A DNA stretch of 64,000 nucleotides, from positions 1,792,001 to 1,856,000 of the forward strand of contig CAWGMQ010000005.1 in NCBI GenBank assembly GCA_963823665.1, written 5' to 3'. Below the pieces are notes generated by a model. That model had not been told where the DNA came from. It saw nothing but the letters and a program-made list of their open reading frames with translations, and made no database searches. Position numbers and translations under genes: made by a program. Shown in pieces: positions 58,662-64,000 of this stretch. How positions within the stretch are numbered: the stretch's first letter is position 1; each line of letters opens with the position of its first letter. The DNA is from an uncultured Planctomycetota bacterium. GTDB lineage: Bacteria; Planctomycetota; Planctomycetia; Isosphaerales; Isosphaeraceae.

Positions 58662-60905
58662 ATGGCGAGTTCATCGGCGGGCGAGATCGGCCGGCAGCTT
58701 GGCCGGCTCTTCGGCGCGGGCATCAAGATGGCCGCGGCTGGTCTCTCCCTCATCCTGATGACTGCTGGCCCGGGATCCGTCCGACGGGATGCCCTCGCGG
58801 CGCCGCAACGGCCCGACCCCACCCCAGTCGCGGAAGTCCGACCCCCATCGACTCCGGTCGATCGCTTCGGTGATCCACTGCCGAAATACGCCCGCGCGCG
58901 CATGGGGACAGTCCGTTTCAACGAGGGCACTTTTGTGCGACAGGCCCTCTACACCCCCGATGGCAAATCTCTGGTCGCAGTCAATGGGAACGATGCCGTA
59001 CACGTCTGGGACGTAGCCACAGGACGGATCGCACGAACCATCGGCAATCCCGAGAGCCAGTTCCGAGAGATCGCGATTTCTGCCGACGGTAAGGCGATGG
59101 CGACAATCGAAGAAGTCCCGAGTCGGCTCCGGCTCTGGGACCTTGCCTCGGGCCAAGAGCGTCGGCGATGGCACGAGACGAGGGAAGTGGGCTACCATCA
59201 TCTGACCTTCTCTCCCGACGGTAAGACCGTGGCCGCAGCGACCACCTGGCATGATGAAGCCAGCAGGAAGAACGAAGTATTTATCCATCTCTGGGACACG
59301 ACCGCTCCGACAGAGCGCCGGCGCCGTATCGAAGGGAGCCGGCCCGACCTCTGGGACATCGCGTTCTCTCCCGACGGCAGCACGCTGGCCACGGCGAACC
59401 ACGATCAATCTGAGCGTGCCGGCGCGGATCGGGAGACGAGTGCGATCCAGCTCTGGGATATCGCCTCGGTACGGGAACTGAGGCGATTCCCGATCGAAGG
59501 CTTTGGCGTGCGCTCGGTCGCCTTCTCGCGGGATGGCAAGCGGCTGTTCGCCGGCGTCACCGACCGGACAATTCGGGTCTACGATTTGGCCACCGGCCGG
59601 GAGACCACCCCACGGCTGGGGCAGGAGCATGCGATCCCGCCCAGGGTGAAAGGGGGCGAAATTCCGGTCGCCAGGGAGGAGATCAACTGCCTGGAGTTTT
59701 CTCCCGATGGAACGATCCTCGCCTCGACCACACTCGCGACGGCGAGCGCGGGGCCGGGAGCACTGGCCGAGATCCATTTGTGGGATGTCGTCCACGGCAC
59801 GGAGTTGCGCCGGATCCCCGCGCATGGGCAGTGGATCATGTCGCTATCCTTCGCCCCCGACGGCAAGACGATCGCCTCGACCGGCGCGGAGCCGGTGATC
59901 CGGCTCTGGGACGTGGCCACCGGCCGCGCAGCATCGCCGCAGGCGGGCCATCGGTCGGGCGTCCACCGACTGATTATCTCGCCGGCCGACGGGACACTCT
60001 TCACGAGCGCCTACTCCGACGGCACCATCCGGCGGTGGGACTCCTCCACAGGGCGCGAGCTTGGCCTCGTCGCCGACTTCGTCGGCGTGATCTCTGGGCT
60101 CGCCATGTCTCCCGATGGCCAGACCTTGGTCGTGGCGGATAGCATGGGCCGGAAACTCTTGCTCTGGAGCGTGGCGGAACGGCGGGAGATTCGCCGGTTC
60201 CCTCGAGTTCCTGTGGCCGAGCATAACTACGTCGACTCCGCCGCCTTCTCTGCGGATGGAAAGATGGTCGCCGCTGAGCTTCGGGTATGGGACGTTGCCT
60301 CGGGCAAGGTACTGGCCACGTTCCGGGATCAAAAGGCCGCCAACGAATTCACGGCGAGCTCGATCCCCATCTTCCCGACCCCCGACGGCCAACAAGTGAT
60401 CACGGCTGAGAAAGAAGGGATTCGCATCTGGGAGATCAGCTCGGGCAAGGAGGTACGATGGGCCGTCCGGTCGAAGATCCACAACAGGATTGTGGCACTC
60501 TCCCCCGACGGCCGGCTCCTGGCAACAGGAGGAGTGGTCGTCCGGGATGAGGAACGGAGAGCGGTCGAATTCGATCCGGCGATCCGCCTCTGGGAACTCG
60601 CTTCAGGCAAGCAGGTTGCCACGTTGGAAGGCCACGAGGAGAGCACACGCGGCCTGGCTTTTTCCCCCGACGGCAAGCTCTTGGCCTCGTGCAGTGGGGG
60701 CTCGCAGACGATCAGCGATCAGACGGTCCGCGTCTGGGACCTCGCCACCGGCCGCGAGCGGCGGCGGTTCGAGGGGCATCGCGGAGTGGTCAACACCGTC
60801 GTCTTCACGCCCGACGGCCGCTCGATCGTCTCGGGCAGCGAGGACGCCACGGCCCTGGTCTGGGATGTTTCCGACTTGATCACACCCCCGAGGCCCGCGC
60901 GGTGA
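58662..60905 (+). CDS. WD40-repeat protein (double propeller), probably derived from an ECF sigma-WD40 fusion
   Basis: GGAGG RBS; DRFGDPLP…ARMGT lead-in; many FSPDG…WD repeats. Confidence 0.9.
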   Translation: MASSSAGEIGRQLGRLFGAGIKMAAAGLSLILMTAGPGSVRRDALAAPQRPDPTPVAEVRPPSTPVDRFGDPLPKYARARMGTVRFNEGTFVRQALYTPDGKSLVAVNGNDAVHVWDVATGRIARTIGNPESQFREIAISADGKAMATIEEVPSRLRLWDLASGQERRRWHETREVGYHHLTFSPDGKTVAAATTWHDEASRKNEVFIHLWDTTAPTERRRRIEGSRPDLWDIAFSPDGSTLATANHDQSERAGADRETSAIQLWDIASVRELRRFPIEGFGVRSVAFSRDGKRLFAGVTDRTIRVYDLATGRETTPRLGQEHAIPPRVKGGEIPVAREEINCLEFSPDGTILASTTLATASAGPGALAEIHLWDVVHGTELRRIPAHGQWIMSLSFAPDGKTIASTGAEPVIRLWDVATGRAASPQAGHRSGVHRLIISPADGTLFTSAYSDGTIRRWDSSTGRELGLVADFVGVISGLAMSPDGQTLVVADSMGRKLLLWSVAERREIRRFPRVPVAEHNYVDSAAFSADGKMVAAELRVWDVASGKVLATFRDQKAANEFTASSIPIFPTPDGQQVITAEKEGIRIWEISSGKEVRWAVRSKIHNRIVALSPDGRLLATGGVVVRDEERRAVEFDPAIRLWELASGKQVATLEGHEESTRGLAFSPDGKLLASCSGGSQTISDQTVRVWDLATGRERRRFEGHRGVVNTVVFTPDGRSIVSGSEDATALVWDVSDLITPPRPAR

Positions 60906-61061
60906 TCGAGCGACTGACCCAAGCCTGCGCATCGGTGCTCGCGGTGCCCCCGACGAATGTCAGAGAAGATCCTTGCCACTGATGTCCGTTGGCCCTACGA
61001 TGGGGGAGGGATGGCCCGGGCAGAGAATCACGCGGGCCGCGCCGCGCGAGGGCCTGAAGCG

Positions 61062-63806
61062 ATGCGCTGGGGGCTGGGACCGGTCTTTTTTTATGAGTGC
61101 CTGGCCAATTCGCGGCGCTGGCAGACCTACGCCATCCGGTCGGCCGGCGTCGCCCTGCTGCTCGCCGCGATCGCGACGATCGCCATGCCGCGCGCAACGA
61201 TCGACTCGACGTATGCATGGCGGGAATATGCCGCACTCGGCGTGGCGTACTTCTACGCGATCATCGGCGTGGAGCTGACCCTCGTCATGCTCGCCGCCCC
61301 CGCGGCCACCGCCGGCGCCATCTGCGTCGACCGCGCCCGCGGCACCCTGGCCCACATGCTTGTCACCGACCTCTCCGACCCCGAGATCGTCCTGGGCAAG
61401 CTCGCCGCGCAGCTCTTGCCGGTCCTGGGCCTGGTCGCCTGCTCCTGGCCGGTACTGGCGCTCGCGTCGCTGTTGGGCGGGATCGATCCCCGCGCGCTGA
61501 CGCTCGCGTTCGCGATCATCCTGGCCGTCGCCCTGCTCGGCTGCGCGATGGCGATGGCGCTGTCGGTGTGGGCCCGCAAGCTGCACGAGGTCGTGCTGGT
61601 CGTCTACACCTTCTGGGCGGTCGTACTGCTCCTCTGGCCGACCTGGTCCGCCCTGGCCTTGGCGAGGGTTGTCGGCCCGCCGCCCCCCTGGAGCCTCGTG
61701 GCGGACCCGTACTACCTGGCGTTCGCCCCGTATGGCGCGCCCAGCCAGGTCGATTTCTGGGACTACCTCGGTTTCTTTGCCGCGACGCTGGGGGCTTCCG
61801 TCGTGCTGGTGGTCCTGGCGGTCTGGCGGATGCGGCCGGTCGCGCGGCGGGGGACCGACGAAAGCCGCAAGGGGCCCCGGCTCGGCTGGCTCGGCCGGCT
61901 GACGCGACGCCTGCCCGGCCCGGCGCTCGACGGCAATCCCGTGCTCTGGCGCGAGTGGCATCGGTCGCGGCCATCGCAATGGGCGACGATCCTGATGGTC
62001 CTTCTGGTCGGCTCGACCGGCGTCGCCTGCGTCGTCGGCGCCGTCATCGCCTTGACCCAGGGTATCGACATCCCTCCGCGCACGCCGCCCGTCGGGTTGA
62101 TCGTTGGGATCGGCGGCGCGATCCTTCAGTTGATTTTCGGCCTGCTGATGCTCTCGGCCGCGGCGCCGACGTCGATGGCCGAAGAGCGCCAGCGGGGCAG
62201 CCTCGACCTCCTGGCCGCGACCACGCTCTCCACCCCGACGATCGTCCTGGGCAAGTGGCTGGCGACGCTGCGTCAAGTCGCGCTGCTGGCGATCGGGCCG
62301 GGACTGCTGGGACTCGCCCTGGCCCTGGCCGTCAGGCCGACGCTCCCGCCGGGACTCTCGGCCATATACTACGAGAAATTGTCCGACGGCGTGGTGCTCT
62401 TCGGCGCCGGCCTCCTGGTCGCGACGATCCTCGCCCACGGCGCCTTGATCGCGAGCGTCGGCCTGGCGCTGGCCGTCTGGATCGCGCGCCAGAGCCGGGC
62501 GATCGCCCTGAGCGTGGCGTTCGCCGTGATGGTGGGCGCCGGCTTGCCGATCCTCGTCACGGTGATGGGCATGGGCCCGATCCGACACCCGGGCCCGGCG
62601 TGCCTGAGCCCCGTCGTGGCCGCCTACAACCTCATCGGGATCGTGGTCGATCGTCGCCGATATGGGAGCGAGGACCTCTGGTGGATCACGCTCTGGGACA
62701 TCGAGTTCCTGGCGCTGGCCCTGGGGCTGTTGTGGCTGACCGTCCGCACGTTCGACCGCTGCTTCGACCGCATCCCCGACCGACCCGGGCGCGCGCCGTT
62801 GCTCTCCGACATCGTCGTGGTCCTGGCTGGGCTGCTCGGCATCGGCGGCCTGGTCGGCGGGATCGCGGCCCTGGTCCAGGGGACCCGGGACTCCATGCCC
62901 GCGGTGGACAACGGAGTGTCGGCCTGCATCTTCCTCGTCGCGGTCGGCTTCGTCCTGGTGGCCGCGCTGGCCGCGTCGTCGATGTCTCCCGCCGGGCCAT
63001 CGCCGGGGATGGCCCCGGTGTCGACGGCGGCGATTCCGGGCCGGAAGTCCTTCGCGATCCGGTGGTGGGAGGCCTTCCGCCTGGTCCTGCTGCTGGCGAT
63101 CGGCCCCGCGCTGGTCGCCCTGGCGCTGGCCACGGCCCCGATGGCGCTCCAGGTCGCGACGAAGGTCAAGCCGCTCCCCGGGGGCGGCTCGGTCCGGATC
63201 GAGATGAATCCCTCGGGGGATACCTACGCGACCACGACCGATGCCTCCGGTCGCATGACGGTCCGGCTGGCGACCGAAGAGGAGATCGCGGAGGCCGGGC
63301 CGGCCGCGCCGACCCAGACCCGCGGCGCCCCGCTGAAGGCCGCCGCCCTGGCGACGGTGACGGTCCTGGTCCATGGGGCGTTGTTCGTCAGCCTGGGCGC
63401 GGCGCTAGGGGTCTGGATCGGGCGCCGGCGCCGGGCGATCGCTGCGAGCGTCGGCCTGGTCCTGCTCATGACGGTGGGCTGGCCGATCGTCTATCTGCTC
63501 ATTTTCGACGATCCGCGTTTTTTTCGGTGGGGCCTGGCCCTGGCGAGCGTGCTGCCGGCCTACAGCACTCTCCTGTTCCAGAGGAACCACCCGGCGGTGA
63601 TCGCGATCATGAGCGGATGGGTCGCCTTCTGGGACGTGATCCTGATCCTGTCGGCCGCCATCCTCTCGGGGCTGGCGATCCGCACCGTGGGCCGCAGGTC
63701 CCGAGTGGGCCCTCCCGCCGAGGCTGACGCCGAAGAGGCCGCGCTTCAGCCGGCCGGCGGCGACTCAGGGAGCGCGGCGATCCGGGAAGGGGAAAAGTGG
63801 ACATGA
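61062..63806 (+). CDS. ABC-2 type transporter permease (planctomycete multi-repeat form)
   Basis: LGPVFFYE, AAPAATAGAICVDRARGTL, EIVLGKL, NPVLWREW, EERQRGSLDLL; many TM segments. Confidence 0.88.
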   Translation: MRWGLGPVFFYECLANSRRWQTYAIRSAGVALLLAAIATIAMPRATIDSTYAWREYAALGVAYFYAIIGVELTLVMLAAPAATAGAICVDRARGTLAHMLVTDLSDPEIVLGKLAAQLLPVLGLVACSWPVLALASLLGGIDPRALTLAFAIILAVALLGCAMAMALSVWARKLHEVVLVVYTFWAVVLLLWPTWSALALARVVGPPPPWSLVADPYYLAFAPYGAPSQVDFWDYLGFFAATLGASVVLVVLAVWRMRPVARRGTDESRKGPRLGWLGRLTRRLPGPALDGNPVLWREWHRSRPSQWATILMVLLVGSTGVACVVGAVIALTQGIDIPPRTPPVGLIVGIGGAILQLIFGLLMLSAAAPTSMAEERQRGSLDLLAATTLSTPTIVLGKWLATLRQVALLAIGPGLLGLALALAVRPTLPPGLSAIYYEKLSDGVVLFGAGLLVATILAHGALIASVGLALAVWIARQSRAIALSVAFAVMVGAGLPILVTVMGMGPIRHPGPACLSPVVAAYNLIGIVVDRRRYGSEDLWWITLWDIEFLALALGLLWLTVRTFDRCFDRIPDRPGRAPLLSDIVVVLAGLLGIGGLVGGIAALVQGTRDSMPAVDNGVSACIFLVAVGFVLVAALAASSMSPAGPSPGMAPVSTAAIPGRKSFAIRWWEAFRLVLLLAIGPALVALALATAPMALQVATKVKPLPGGGSVRIEMNPSGDTYATTTDASGRMTVRLATEEEIAEAGPAAPTQTRGAPLKAAALATVTVLVHGALFVSLGAALGVWIGRRRRAIAASVGLVLLMTVGWPIVYLLIFDDPRFFRWGLALASVLPAYSTLLFQRNHPAVIAIMSGWVAFWDVILILSAAILSGLAIRTVGRRSRVGPPAEADAEEAALQPAGGDSGSAAIREGEKWT

Positions 63807-64000
63807 AGGTGGGCGCGGCGTCGCCGGGCTCGCCGCATGATCCGGGGCAGCTCCACGATCCTTCAGTGGGCGATGGCCACCCGCCCAACTCCTTCCTCTT
63901 GCGCGCTTCGGTCCGACGACACCGAAGCAATTTGGAGCGAAGCATCAGACGTGTCCTCACCTGGCAGTTCATCTACCTCCCGACAGCACCTTGGAGATGG

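Noticed and set aside
60960..63727. 804-aa minus-strand and 876-aa alternate-frame ORFs
   Set aside because: Arg/Gly/Pro-rich shadows of the ABC permease gene

Overview
GC-rich bacterial DNA, almost certainly from a planctomycete (Isosphaeraceae-like). Supporting markers are the DUF1549/DUF1553-DUF1501 pair, a PVC-type heme-binding protein, ECF sigma + Ser/Thr kinase pairs, a double-length UvrA and 'RRR..LE.R' secretion leaders. The region 1-22.8 kb is ordinary: sugar ABC transporter, uvrA, ECF/kinase, a CotH-cytochrome fusion operon and CE15 and SGNH esterases. Several of these genes carry single frameshifts that may be sequencing errors. The region ~22.4-49 kb is an accessory, heavily rearranged island. 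It starts at a duplicated 3' end of the SGNH gene and three copies of an unnamed ~130-bp palindromic element. It contains a broken glycosyl/methyltransferase cluster, an IS3, a defence-island remnant (OLD/TOPRIM-like fragment, an apparently intact TIGR04255-like three-gene operon, the first codons of DISARM drmA), a GxxExxY cassette with covarying inverted repeats and a deleted copy, an Imm70-like immunity gene, MITEs, RAYT remnants with REP-like GACACCCA ends, and an RHS-HINT polymorphic toxin split by IS66 downstream of an ECF sigma factor. The region 49-64 kb holds qor, a deletion-fused sigma/kinase/dehydrogenase chimera, a heme-oxygenase-like diiron enzyme + N-acyltransferase pair, small membrane proteins, a WD40 protein that lost its sigma domain, and an ABC-2 permease. 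All family calls come from motif recognition by eye; no searches were run.
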